In this document: in pieces, positions 38,801-58,907 of the stretch | How positions within the stretch are numbered: the stretch's first letter is position 1 | Layout: each line of letters begins with the position of its first letter | NCBI RefSeq assembly: GCF_037042905.1 | Contig: NC_087251.1 | Span: 4,094,001 to 4,158,000, forward strand | Direction: 5' to 3' | Length of the DNA stretch: 64,000 nucleotides | Source of the DNA: Lytechinus pictus | Lineage: Eukaryota | Notes under the pieces: model-generated | Told to the model about the DNA's origin: nothing | Seen by the model: the letters and a program-made list of their open reading frames with translations, nothing else | Database searches by the model: none | Position numbers and translations under genes: made by a program

Positions 38801-39825
38801 TAAAATCCATCTTATCCAAGCCCTCAGATTATTCTGAAACCAAAACCATATTAATCCTGACATCTTTAAAGACAGGAATGCTTCTCTCAGGAACAAGGGC
38901 TAGTTACTCTTGTTTGAGTTGAGATTTTGTTTTTATTAAGGGAATGAAGATCTAAGAAGAGTTAATGACGATGACAATTGAATCATACCCAGTTAGGGAT
39001 ATTTCAGATGTATGATTTCATTATTTTGTGTGTGGAGTTACAACACATCTAACAATATTTGAATGACTTACGGTTGTTTAAAGAATTGTTAGATTTCTTC
39101 TTCTTCATGAAGTTTTAATTGTTTAATTTGTGAATAAATTAAATTCAGATTAATTGCTGCAACATTCAATGATCTTGTATTTTATTTTACAGACATTGGC
39201 AAGTGCAACTGAAAGCAAATTCAGTGAAGAACTACAAGAATTGGAAGAAAATCTACAGAAAGCAATAGAGGCAGAAGATTATGATATGGCTGATATCCTT
39301 TCTATGTATGATGATAATCATTAGTACTGCAGAAAATTTATGAGGAATCATATCAATATTTCTTAATAAGTAGTTCAGATTCTTCACAAAAGAGCATTTG
39401 CAGCCCTCCTAAATTAATTAAAATCACATTTAAAATTCACTAAATCACCAGAAGTAATTTTGATATGTGAGAGAGGTTCATTGTCAGTAAAATATGTTCC
39501 AATTTTGAGCTTCAAATATTACTCATAGAAAGATATATTTTGATAATTACAATCTCTTACACATACTTGATTAGTTCTGTAGACTATGACTCAATGTGCC
39601 TTTATGCACTTGTACATTATACATACTGTATATACTTTATTTAATAAAGTTAAGCAAGATTTGTGTTCAGTATATACACATTTTCCATAGACACCTAACC
39701 TGTGATGTGAGGCACATGTCTCAATGGTTGAAAATATTTCCTACGTTTATCCTTGACTAGTATTATCACAGCATATACAGGAGAGGATTGAGAGTCTTCA
39801 AAGTCAGCAAACAGATGCAAGGTGA
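29810..39825 (+). CDS. Uncharacterised ~824-aa coiled-coil protein with three UVR-like motifs and N-terminal AP-4-ear-binding-like motifs. Exons: 29810-29945, 30345-30975, 31378-31526, 32992-33268, 33523-33649, 34270-34526, 36710-36847, 37101-37258, 37613-37801, 38413-38669, 39193-39292, 39770-39825
   Basis: All 12 exons join in frame (2475 nt) with ten GT-AG introns and one AT-AC intron. Acidic low-complexity N-terminal region, heptad-rich body, and UVR-like motifs QAINDENYEQAEIM, FAVSMRKFGEAKHL, KAIEAEDYDMAEHIQERI. Confidence 0.85.
31889..32461. mobile_element. Kolobok-type ~600-bp MITE, family A, copy 1
   Basis: TTAA|AGCACAAGTCCACCCC ... GGTGGACTTGTCCT|TTCA; same family as 43653, 58147 and 61703. 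Confidence 0.85.
32526..32787 (+). mobile_element. tRNA-derived SINE (tRNA-Met-like head)
   Basis: A-box TGGTCCAGTGG, B-box GTTCGAATC and a CTCATAA loop, but broken stems. Followed by a ~190-bp body and a (CAGAAA)n tail. Confidence 0.75.
34614..36478. mobile_element. P-superfamily-like non-autonomous transposon in intron 6 of the UVR gene
   Basis: ~55-bp TIRs CAACGAACGTAGAGGGCAGCAACACAC / GTGTGTTGCTGCCCTCTACATTAATTG with 8-bp TSD GTCATCAG (34606-34613, 36479-36486). A second inner inverted pair lies at ~34958-35020 / ~36350-36416. Confidence 0.75.
35178..35422 (+). mobile_element. 5'-truncated tRNA-SINE nested in the P-like element
   Basis: B-box GGTTCAAATCC, core CACTCAACCCAGGTG..AATGGGTACC, L2-like tail GGCGCCATATAAATGCC(TAT)n. 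Confidence 0.7.
39293..39769 (+). other. U12-type (minor spliceosome) AT-AC intron, 477 nt
   Basis: 5'ss |ATATCCTTT, branch site TCCTTGAC (39750-39757), 3'ss CAC| 13 nt after the branch A. Splicing restores the UVR motif. Confidence 0.9.
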
Positions 39826-40889
39826 CAGCAGGATATTGTTTGATGGAGGTCTCTGGAATGAAATATCAACTTTAGACTCTTTCTATGTCCTTTAAAGATA
39901 GTAAATAACAATATTTGTCCTTGAAGCTTATTGTGATAAACTGACCATTTAATGGACTATTGATTTTGCCATTGGCTTTGCAACATTCTTGTCAGAAAGG
40001 AAAATAGTCCCCATTTCATTAGACAGAGAATTTAATTTGAATACTAATATCAACAAGAGCTATAGCACCATAATATGTGTCTGAACCAGGGAGGGTGTGT
40101 GTCGTAAGCTCAATGCATACTATGGGTCTGGGACCCAATTGCACCAAGATTCCATTGCAACAAAATTACAGAGTGTGCACCAACCTACAACTCGCTGCAA
40201 TGGCGGACCACTTTGTTGCAGTAAAATGGCACACTAAATCTCAGACATTTGAAATTTCAAATCTTTCTGCAGTTTTCTGTGATTTCTGTGCTCATTTCAG
40301 CCAATCAGATTTTTCCCAGACGATGGTGTCATGGCCAATTTGCTGCGCTGTTGTAGCGCAGACGATATATGCGCAAAAGAAGAGGGGCCATAAGATGGAG
40401 CGCGCTGCAGAGCTGTTGCAATGTTTGTGTTGGTCTGCAATGCAATTGCACTGATATGAGATTGCCATTGGTAACTTTGGTTTAGTTTGTTCCAGTTGGA
40501 TCCTAGTGCAATGGCCTGGTATTGTGTATGCTGGGCTTTATACATGCACAAAGTATGGTTTACTGCTGTAGATACTTCACATTGGATTGTACTTAATTGG
40601 AGTCAAGCCAGCCATGCAGACCTGCCATTTTTTTAACTTGAAACATTGTTCATAAACACAATCATCTTTAAAGCATAGTCATTATCGACGAAACTCTTCT
40701 ATACTGCTGGATTGTTATTAAATTACATGGAAGAAGGAAATAAGCAATGTTCCATTTAAGGTTTATGTGCAATGACGTGGTGCAATTTTCGTGTAAGAGC
40801 ACAGTAAGTTTTGTATAGAACATTTCCATGGTCCTGAGTGTAAACATTTATGATGCAGTATGTGTTTAAAAACTTTCAAATATTTCATA

Positions 40890-41539
40890 TGCCCGGTTGA
40901 CACTTGCTCGCATTGTGGTGCCTGCATTGCCCCGCATTGATGCGTGCCAGTGCGGGACACTTAATGGTACGACTTTGCTATATCAGTTCACACATTGTCC
41001 CGACACGTTCACAACATGTTTGCGCATAGTTCATGCAGTGTTCACGCACTGTCCCGACGTGCTTTCAGCAAATATTCTCGACACCCTATTCTGCGACGTA
41101 TCTAGCGCAAATTTGAATATTCCAGCGTTCTGGTGATCACGTGGTCTACACTCACAACTTTGCGCATATCATTTGTGAACTATGTGTAAAGTATGCTTAG
41201 CCTATGCGCAAAGTATGCGCGACCCTGTTGTGAACTGCGTGCCACTAACCCGGGGGGGGGGGGGTCTGCCTACTACTTTTTGCACCAGGAAATTTCTATT
41301 TCGATGCCACGCAGTGGTACGCAGTGGCATGACTAAGTTGCACATAGGTTGCGCATAATTCATGAACAATTCACAAATTTGTAATGCGTGCCAAAATTTT
41401 CAACATGTTGAAAATTTTGGCACGCATTTCATGCACTGCCATGCACCTATCCGCAAGCTTGCATGCATATTTCACACATTGGTACGCATCAGTGCGTGCC
41501 CATGCGGGAACCACAATGCGTGCAAGTATTAAACGAGCT
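40890..41539. mobile_element. Harbinger-like MITE
   Basis: ~60-bp imperfect TIRs (GCCCGGTTGACACTTGCTCGCATTGTGG / CCACAATGCGTGCAAGTATTAAACGAGC); ATA on both flanks. Confidence 0.65.
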
Positions 41540-43652
41540 ATACCATTTTATTTTAATTCATTGTATCATGAAGTTTTTTTACCAAAAACTCGATATAATG
41601 AAGTTTTTGGAACTTAGATTTCTTTTTCATTGCAATAGAAAATATTTGACCTTAAATTATTGTCATATATATCTCATTGACCCTTTTCATTCTGTTATAT
41701 GTATCTTTTGTTTAAAAAAAAGTATATGAAATACTTGTTATATTATTCCAGGTTACTATCAGATATCCATTATGAGATCAGTCTATCTGAGTATTAATAC
41801 TAGAAAACCTCTGAGCTATATCTATCTAATTGCCCATAAATAGAAGTTCATGAAGTTGATTCTATATGTCTAAACTAGATTTGATTAATGGAAGTTTCCA
41901 TATATTAACTATTAGAAATTAAAAGTGCATTGGTTTTAGGTTTAAAGGCCTATTGATCCATATGAAGAGCCTGGACACAAAGAGTCTATGGTATGTCAAT
42001 GTACAGCCCTCTCTATTTGTGGCACATAGAATAACTGGATTTATTGATCACGGTCAGGTGAGATCATCAGTCACCCAGGGATGTACAGTTTTAATGGGCA
42101 ATTTTTGTGAATTTGGGTCATACAAACCTTTACAATGGGAAAGCCATTGATTTTGTATTTTTATTGTAACATTTATATAGTCGATATTCCAATGAACCAT
42201 AATAATCTAGAATTCAGCAGCACATGGATCCAGTCAGAATTAAATTATGGTAGCCTTCCTTTCCCCCAATCTTCAACCCCTTTGATAAAGAGGGTTTTTA
42301 TGTGGGGGGGGGGGGGTATATCATTTGTACGAAGAAATGTCAGTTTAGTTGTAGGTTAGAATTTAGTAAGATAAAACTTTATTAACATTTAGTAAAAACA
42401 AAATGGCCTTGGTTTTTTTTCCTCACCAAAGCCTCACTCTTTTTTTTTATTATATGTACCTCAAAGTTATTTATGTCATGCACTGTTTATTCTTCTTATA
42501 TGGTAAAGTCATCTCACTCTCAAGGAGAAGAGTGTCTTGCTGGGACAACAATTTGCTTGCTCTTCTATAAAGTGTAACTTTATTTTCCTCTTCTGTTTAC
42601 AATTCTATGGTCGGAAATTTGTAATCCTTTTCTCATTACAGTTTAATGTTATATATCTGGGAAACATCTATGCAATAATAAAGATCTGAAATGTAAGGGT
42701 AATTGTTTGTTTCAAAATAAGATTAATTTTCTTTGATTTCTTACATCTTTAAGCTCGTTATCAACTGCCATGTTTTTTTAAGCCAATAATATTGCCATTA
42801 ATAATGTTTAATGATAGTTTACATGTAATTAAATAAGATCTAGAATAAATAAATGTTAGAATTGAACCTTGGGTAAGTATATTGTGATGTTTGAGATGTG
42901 CATGTCAACTCCAGCAATTCCAAAGCCAATGCATGTGTGCGTATGTATATGATTATTTATGTCTTGGGCTGACCTTTAACTTCACCATCTGAAAGATGTG
43001 ACCAGAGCTAGAACCTCTGCATCATCTAATAACTTTCCCATGCATCTTGGATTACAAGTGCACGCCACAACAACCAGCCAGATTCACCTACAGTAACTAA
43101 TCAATGTAATAAACAACAGTGAAATTTGAATTCATTAAATTAAAATTTTAAGCCTTTGGAAATGCTATTTTCATTGACAATGTGACATGCACAAATGCAG
43201 TGAGTGATTAAAATACAGTCGAATCTATCACCTGTGTAGAAAGACTACCCAATTATAAATACTACAAACTGTGTTTCCATTCAGTAGTATTCTCAATGAA
43301 TTACATGAACCTATTTAAAAAGACCATCTGCTCATAAAAAACACTTTTGTTCTATCGAAAGCTTAGTATTTATTAAAAGAAAAGTTCCACTGTATTACAC
43401 ATTTCAAAGAGAAAAAATTACAATAACAAGCACTCGATGTGATATATATTGCAATTATCATGAACATGTAATACATATCAACATGTATGAAACAAGGCAA
43501 CCACTCCCCACCCCCCCCCCCCAACAAAAAATTTCTAACTTATTCTTTTGTCTGATTTCAAAGCTTATCACTGTTTTATTTGGCTTTCCATATTAATTCC
43601 TTGACAGGTTTCAGAAGAAATGTTGGGTTTGATTGTCACAAACTGTTATTAA

Positions 43653-44252
43653 AGGACAAGTCCACCCCAACAAAAAGTCGATTTGAAAAAAGGGAGAAAA
43701 ATCCAATAAGCAAAACACTGAAAATTTCATCAAAATCGGATGTAAAATAAGAAAGTTATGACATTTTAAAGTTTCGCTTAATTTCACAAAACAGTTATAT
43801 GCACATCCTGGTCGGTGTGCAAATTGGCAGACTGATGACGTCACCCACTCACTATTTCTTTTGTATTTTATTACATGAATATGAAATATTCTAATTTTAT
43901 CCTCCTTGTCAAGTGAAACAAAGTTTTATTTCTCCCTGAACATGTGCAATTACCATTATTTTAACAGTTTATGGTTAAGATAAGTTGGTCCTCATTGTCA
44001 AATCTGTAAAAATTGAAATATTGTATTCAAACAATAAAAAACAAAAGAAATAGTGAGTGATGGACATCATTGACTCTCTCATTTGCATATCGCTGAGTTG
44101 CGCATTGAACTGTTTTCTAAAAAATAAGCGAATCTTTAAAATGTCATAACTTTCTTATTTTACATTCGATTTCAATGAAATTTGCAGCATTATGTTTGTT
44201 TGATTTTTCTCTTTCGATTCAAATCAACAATTTTCTGAGGTGGACTTGACCT
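43653..44252. mobile_element. Kolobok-type ~600-bp MITE, family A, copy 2
   Basis: TTAA|AGGACAAGTCCACCCC ... GGTGGACTTGACCT|TTAA. Confidence 0.9.
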
Positions 44253-47200
44253 TTAAGAAACTTGCAATCAAAGACATCTATTAAAAAAGTTTAGCACAAG
44301 TTTCACAACTGTAAAACAATAACACACCACACAAAAAGTTACTTTCAAAAATGTTTTAATAGCTCTAAATTGTAATCAATTTACTAATAAAAAAAAACAG
44401 GACTGAATACATAAGAATACATCTTCAAGATATGAGCTTAGCTGGCAGGATATCTGAATGGCATACTACATGAATCCACTTCAGATTCTCTTCATATCAT
44501 TCTATTGAATAATGCGAAATAGATAAAAGATATATTATATGTACAGGTAATATGCCAATGGTTCCCTCTGATTAGTAGGAATTTGCTGAAAAATACCAGT
44601 TACATCTATCCATTTAAAGGAATTCAATAGTACAGAAAGTCCATGTACAAGTAAGAATACAGTTTGGTATGTGTGCAGTAACCATATAATTGATATCTGA
44701 ATTCCCAGTACCAGTTTAAAGAGAAAAGATACTTCATATTTACTTAAAGTTGGCATTGCAAATAACACATGCTTTGTATGGATTGAGGTATTACAATGAT
44801 ATTCTCTGCACAATTTCATCTAAAAAGACACTGAAATAATGTTATTTACTCCCTTACCAATGAATTATTTTTTGGGATTCATTTCCTTTTAAAAAGTTAA
44901 ATGTTAATAAGTTAATCAATATAAGTAATATTGTAAGTCCATGATAAACTACATTATTTTTTTGTTGCATAGAATTAACATATTTTAAAAAGACTATGCT
45001 ATCACACAAGAATATAAAATACACTGGTTGAAAATGATTTTGATTATTCTGTTAAAATTTGATGAATTGGGCAGAAAACTTTATCTTTACTGTTTAATTC
45101 TTAGTCAAGGATTACAGTGAATAACTGAGCCAAACTACAAAATTGTAATCATTAGGATTCCTTTGCATGATGTTTGAGGAAATATCAATTTTCAAAATCG
45201 TGTAGATACAATATGGATTTTAAAGTTCATTGAAGATGGATGGATAAAACCAGAAGTTCAAGAAACACAATCATACATAGAACTGGCCTATCAACGATTT
45301 AAGAACTTATACTTTCATAATAGTTATTACAAAAAAATAAGATACGCTAAACTTGAATGTTTCTCATAATTCAGTCATGAATATTTGCATAAATTGTGAG
45401 ACAATCAATTGAATACTGGGAATATTTCATTCATATGTAAATTCAAACTTTGATAACCTTTGAAGAGGGATTGCTGTCGACCTGAAAAAATAATTTGAAT
45501 TAGTTTTGACAAGAGTACTATGATGCAAATAGAATACACAAAATACTACAGAATACATGTACTTTCAAACTTATTATATGAATTTCTTGAAGGAATAAAA
45601 TTAAGTACCACATTGAAATGCCAAGAAGCAGAATACAGTATAACTATGCAAGCACACAGAATACAATCAGCAGCACAGTTCATTTATATACAAAATGAAA
45701 TCAAAATATACCAATGACTCTTGTATGATTAAACACTTTGATTAAATATCAACAAAAAATATTAAACTATGATAAGTGATTAAGAAATATTCAAAGTAAA
45801 TGATTTTTAAGAAGCAAGAAAAAGAAACATGATAGAAACAGGTAACAGAAAGTGCAGTGCATAGATTTAGTTCTTATAAATAGGTGTTGGTGAAAATCAC
45901 ATACAGTGTATAAGTAACAACTGTACCTCTCATTGTAATAAACATTCAATGGACAAAGATATTGAGTAGATTGATGGCTTACAATAACTATTTAAAAAAG
46001 GACAATTTATACAACATTGACAAATAAATCTTGTAAGAATGTGAAGGCAACATAAATGTACTGATAGAAGAAATGTTTGGTAGTACAAAGCAGTAATCAA
46101 TATAAAATAATAGTACATAGTATTATGATAAAATGCCACAAATTCAAACAATGCCAAATACTGATATTGAATATAATTTACAGCATTAAACAGTACATTA
46201 CACACAAACAAAATTTGTGTGGGTTAAAAATGGTTTACTTAACTTATAATAACCACTTTACAGATAAGTATAAAATAAATAATGTTAAATAGCCAATCTA
46301 AGTCTATGTACCAAAACAATTATATCACAAAAACAGTTTCAAATATTTACATTTCCTTTTTTATTTCTTCTGAGAAGCTGTAGAGGGCATGTTAAGATGA
46401 AGTCAACTACTTGTGCAATGCAATTTCCTTCTTTTTTTCTTTCTCAAATTTTCAGGAAGACACTTTTTGGAAGGCACAGCTTACTCTGAGAAACAAGGTA
46501 TATCCAGATTTTGAAAAAAATCAAAAATTATTATGCAGTGACTATGTGATTTTAAAGCTACCAGGATTTCATTGCAGATGTTCCACTCAGTGAACACATG
46601 ATACAATAACAAAGGCCAAATCAACAACAGTTTACAAGTCTATGCACATCTCTATTGGCATGTTATACAAATAGCAGTGCATTCAGCCAAAAAGGACTGT
46701 TCAGTTAAACTAGTCAAAACAGAGGCAAAACTACATGTAAGCTTCATCCAGCCAGCGTTAAAACATTTCCATTTCAGGTTTAAGGTCATGGGTAAATGTT
46801 GATGCAAAATTTTGTTCGAAAGGCTTTGTAAGTCAGATACATTCTAATCACAACTACTGCCCCCTAAAAAAAGATGTCAAAGACATTACAAACAGCCAAT
46901 TAAATAGATTTGTCTTTTAAGCAAAAATACACAAACTTGATTTGACTGTCTAAGTCCATCTGATATTATCTTGATGCCCTTTCCTCTTTTGATATATATC
47001 CATAAAAACATGAAGTTTGTATTGGTAAAGCTTTGCCTATAAATAAACATGCTTCACATAGCCATAATTCTGCAGAGACAAAGTTGACACATGCAATAAC
47101 AAAACACCAAATACTCCAGAATGTATGATCATGAATAGGAAAATAAAGAGCTCTAAATGGAATCTTTCTGTAGTTGGTAAATAGAGGAATATAAATCAAG

Positions 47201-48843
47201 AACGGCAAACCACAAAAAATAGTTCATGCAACACAACACAGGAATAGATCACACACAGTGTCGTCATAATAATATCAAGATCATAACACAAGCATGAGTT
47301 GAAGTGAAAACCGCTTTCTTCAGAAATATACAGTATATGTACACAAAAGTATAATCACACATATCTGGCAAATAATAATCACCAACCCACTGTTCATAAG
47401 TATTAATCTCACATGGCAGGTTTTCTAAAATACAGTTCACATTACTCCAGCCTTACCTCTAAATATCATATCAGGCCAAACTGATAACAACTATGAAGAG
47501 ACACAATACAACACACAATAATAGTGTGAAGACTCTCTTTATACCACTTTAACTCTGACAATTTATGTTCTATTCACTGATAAGACAACCTTTGAAGCAT
47601 CAACTTAACCTGCCACAAGCAGAGTTCATATTATCAACCATTTACATAATCAAATCAACAGAGCAATAAGTGTGTATAATTTCATCAAGTTATTACTACT
47701 TTCTTTCTACTTGCCCATCTTACAACCCTAAATGTATATCTATGCTATCATTTTTCTTTCAAACAAAATAAACTTTACTTTTCAAAATCTATTAGAAAAC
47801 ATGTGGGAGATTCTAGAATCAACAAACAAAAATGTTACATGTTGATAAATTGATGTAATCACATGCAACTTACAAATTAACATCATGGCAAGCACAGATA
47901 GACAATGCAAAATAGTTTATCCAGAGACCAAATCATACACTTTTTTCAGTTGGGATGTATAAACGTGTATAAATAATACACATCATTCTTTTATTTTGCT
48001 CCTCCACATGCAAATCCTAAATATAAATATGAATCATAAATCACGCAATTTAATCAATTGATACAAGTATGGGATAAAACAGTTTGATATGAATGAGTCA
48101 ATGTTGCTTGTAAACTTCCTTGATCTAAACCAGCATGTAGCAAAAAAAATGGCCATGCACCTACACGTTCTGTTAAACATGGCATTCATTGAAGCTAGAC
48201 ATATCCACAAATATGTGGGTGAGATCATTTTCTGCAATCTCTTGCACAACCACAGCACTGCATACCATGTACATGCCCACATCATTCACTTTGCACAAAA
48301 GCAGTTTACTGTTGTTTAAATTTCTGTCATAACTTTGGTAATGTCAAATGAACAGGGCAAATAGATATTCATCAAATCAAGTATTTGTACACATATTTAG
48401 CAAACATGTGCTTTGTCAGTTTATCATTCTCGTATTGAAAATGAATACTCTCAAATAGTAACATTAATGAAACATTCAAAACACACATTGACTCACTGCT
48501 CCATCAACTCACCAGTTATTTGAATAGAATGTCCTATGAACAATCCATCGTGAAGCATTTTGATATCTATGCCAATGACTGTTACAGGAAGACCCTAAGA
48601 TCAGCCATGATCTGATGTGAATCCCTCATATATAGCCAATACTAAGCTTTAGGTATATTTTCAGATTAAGAGATGGATGTCCATTACTCTTCCCTAAGCT
48701 TCAACTCAAATAGTTGCTAGTGTGAAGTTTGGAATTGAGACTCAAAAACTTGTGTCTAATCTGGCTCTTGGTTTACAGGACTGACGAGTTCGGGCCAGAT
48801 GTCCCAGGATTCGACCAAAGGCAAAGTTTTCAGAGGTTGATCG

Positions 48844-55709
<6,866 letters not shown>

Positions 55710-57143
55710 TTTCAAAGCGTTCTTGGAAAAGATGAAGAAATATTCAATATAAGGTAAAGCATTAGCATTGTCAGCAGAAAGAAATACTCATGATACAAAA
55801 TCATATTAAAAAATTAGAGGAACAAATTCATTAGATTGATGTGTAACATGATTCTGATACTTCTACATGAAGGTGATTGTATCCAACACCTCAATTCATT
55901 TTTCCGAAAATTAATGTATTTTGTAAAGAGTATGGCTAATGGTTAGCATCCTGAAATGGAAATAATATGAAGCAAATGAACATAGAAACATTTTCTTAAA
56001 CCAACAATAAATCAATATCTAGAAAAAGTAATAAAAATTGAAATAAATGAATAACTACATTTTCTTTGTTTTCAAAGCAATATGCATAGACATGCTTTCA
56101 AGTGTGTAATGACTTGATGCAGATAGGTAAAATTACAATAACCATACACACCTAATGTGAAAATTATGGTGAATTGATAGAATACATGTAATAGGAATAA
56201 TTACCAGAGACAATGTACCTGCCTGTAAACATGTATCCTGAATTCCTGACAAAGATCTTACTCTAGTGGCAATCAGAATGTGGCATGAAAACTACATTGA
56301 TCTACCCATGGAAACTACTCCACCCAAAGTACACTAGCATGTATATTATGATTGATGAAGACTTACTCATTATGAGGCATGGTTTACCACCTTCAAGCAT
56401 ATTATGCATGACAGAGCAAGATTTAACTACAGATACATCTCATGTTACAACTGTGCAATATGCCAGTAAATTAGTCATGAATACATTATATATTGTGTGC
56501 CTGAAACTAGTATTTATTTGTTCAGCAGATAAGGATGTACTTTTGAAAATACTTGTATGACTGACCATGCATGAAATTAATAAGTCAGAGTGCACTGCAC
56601 AAATGAACTCATGCACTGTTCATACTTTGTTAGATCAGGGAAATGATCATACTTCCCTGGTTATGCTACAGTCTGTAATACACGTTTCAGAATACAAAAA
56701 TTTCCCTTTACCCTGGGAAATAGATGGGGCTATTAAAGGTGTGTGTGTGTGGGGGGGGGGGGGTAACCCAATCAATTTCCCTGGGTTTAGCTTAGTCCAC
56801 TTCAGTTTCAGTGTGGGGTTAAAAAAGACAGTCTGAACCCCCCCCAAAAAAAAAAAAAGCCTTCTTTTTTAAAGATAGTATGTAGTATGGGCTTAAAGAT
56901 AGTGTGCGGTTAAGGGACGTTCATATACAGGGTTAAATAAAAATTGTAGTCTGAAAGCAAAACCGACTCCAGTCCATACCAACCAATGACAACATACAAC
57001 ACTAGAATTGATCCGCCTGAAGTCGGTTTAGCATGTGTGACTGTGGCATTACATTGATACAAGATTTGTTATAAGCCAGCATGTTAAGAGGAAATTCTTA
57101 AACAAGTTAACTCATGATTAATCAGAATCAAAAATAAAAAAAC

Positions 57144-57609
57144 ACCGTGTTTACATGTGATCGTCTTTTGGTTCAGAACCAAAAGCCGATGCAGAATCAG
57201 CTGAACCAAAAGCTGATTCTGCATCGGCTTTTGGGTTTATCTTGCACCGCGTTTACATGCTGCATCCGCTCGCGGTTCAGAATCGGCTCACGTGTCAAAA
57301 ACCTGAAATGATCCGCACACCAACAATATACGTCATAATAAAGACAACGCTGGATCCGTGCGCTTTGAAGTACGTCATAATGGTAAAGTAAATGAAATTG
57401 CCGATGCAGAATCGGCTTTCTGTTTACACGTAGTAAAAAAGCCGATTCTGCATCGGCTCACGGTTCTGAACCTACTACTTTGGTGGTGCAAAATTGCCGA
57501 TTCTGAACCGAAAGCGGATGCAAGTTAATCGCGTTTACACGCAACAAAAAAGCTGATTCTGCATCGGCTTGTGGTTCAGAACCGCGAGCCGATCACATGT
57601 AAACACGGT
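57144..57609. mobile_element. Harbinger-like MITE with 3-bp TSD
   Basis: AAC|ACCGTGTTTACATGTGATCG ... CGATCACATGTAAACACGGT|AAC; internal repeated GCCGATGCAGAATCGGC palindromes. Confidence 0.85.
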
Positions 57610-58146
57610 AACTGTGTGCTGACATGTACATGCACAATGGACTAATGTAGATTGTAAAGTACAAGAATAAATGACCACTTGGAAGTTAATGGAATACCAT
57701 ACAGATAAATGTACATGACTTTCAACTGTTCAAGCACATGCACTTTCGGTTCATCATTTAAAACACAGTTCCAAAACAGAATGTTATTTTTTAATGACAA
57801 TTTTCCTGACAATGTTTGTTTCTTTTATCTGAGAAGTATAGTCTTATCAAAACAGCAAAGGTGTAAAGGGCAAAGCATTACAAAGCAGAAAGATGTGATA
57901 TACGTGTACTTCACTATTTTGGGGCCTGCTAGTGGGAAGGGCATTAGACTTTATAAACCAATGCAAAACAGAGAATGTCACACACAAAAATCACAGTAAA
58001 AGAAATGTAAGATTTAATTAGGAAAAAATGGTTACTAGATACATGTGATACCATATTTCTAAATACAAGCCTTCAGAGTTCAGACTGTATTTCTATTTTT
58101 ATTTCATAGTTCAATGTAAAAACACTTTTCCCAGGTGGGTATTTAA

Positions 58147-58722
58147 AGGTCAAGTCCACCTCATAAAAATGTTGATTTGAATCAATAGTGAAAAATCAGA
58201 CAAGCATACATGTAACACTGAAAATTTCATCAAAATTGGATCTAAAATAAGAAAGTTATGACATTTAGTTTCGCTTATTTTATGCACAATATAGTCACAT
58301 GCAAACGAGAGAATCGATGATGTCCCTCACTCACTCTTTCTTTTGTTTTTCATTGTTCAAATTATACATTATTTCAATTTTGCAGATTTGACAATAAAGA
58401 CCAACTTGACTGAACCATAAAATGTTAAGCAATGGTAATTCAACAAGTTCAGGGAGAAATAAAACTTTGTTTCATAGGACAATGAAAAGAAAATTAGAAT
58501 ATTTCTATAATAAAATACAAAAGAAATAGTGAGTGATATCATCAGTTCCCTCATTTGCATACCGACCGGGATGTGCATATAACTGTTTTGGGATATTAAG
58601 CGAAACTTTAAAATGTCCTAACTTTCTTATTTTACATCCGATTTGGATGAAATTTTCAGTGTTATGCTTGTTGGATTTCTCTTTTTATTGAAATCAAATT
58701 TTTGTTGGGGTGGACTTGTTCT
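58147..58722. mobile_element. Kolobok-type ~600-bp MITE, family A, copy 3 (opposite orientation)
   Basis: TTAA|AGGTCAAGTCCACCTC ... GGGGTGGACTTGTTCT|TTAA. Confidence 0.9.
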
Positions 58723-58726
58723 TTAA

Positions 58727-58907
58727 TAAAGCTGTTCAAAAGTTAAGTGCGACTTTAAGAACAACTGGTGAACCTTTCTCATGCGCTAAATAATCACCAA
58801 CAAACATTTAATGGTGAATATCACTTTTAATGTACCACAAGAAAGGATCACCGGTCGTTCTTAAAGTCACTCTTAACTTATGAACAGCTTCATGAAACGG
58901 CCCCCTG
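58727..58907. mobile_element. ~200-bp palindromic MITE whose left TIR is split by the Kolobok-type copy
   Basis: AAGCTGTTCAAAAGTTAAGTGCGACTTTAAGAAC / GTTCTTAAAGTCACTCTTAACTTATGAACAGCTT; left stub CCAGGTGGGTAT at 58131-58142. Confidence 0.7.

Noticed and set aside
31500..39292. Shared intron position across the UVR motifs implying exon duplication
   Set aside because: The phase-1 introns fall at different codons of each motif.
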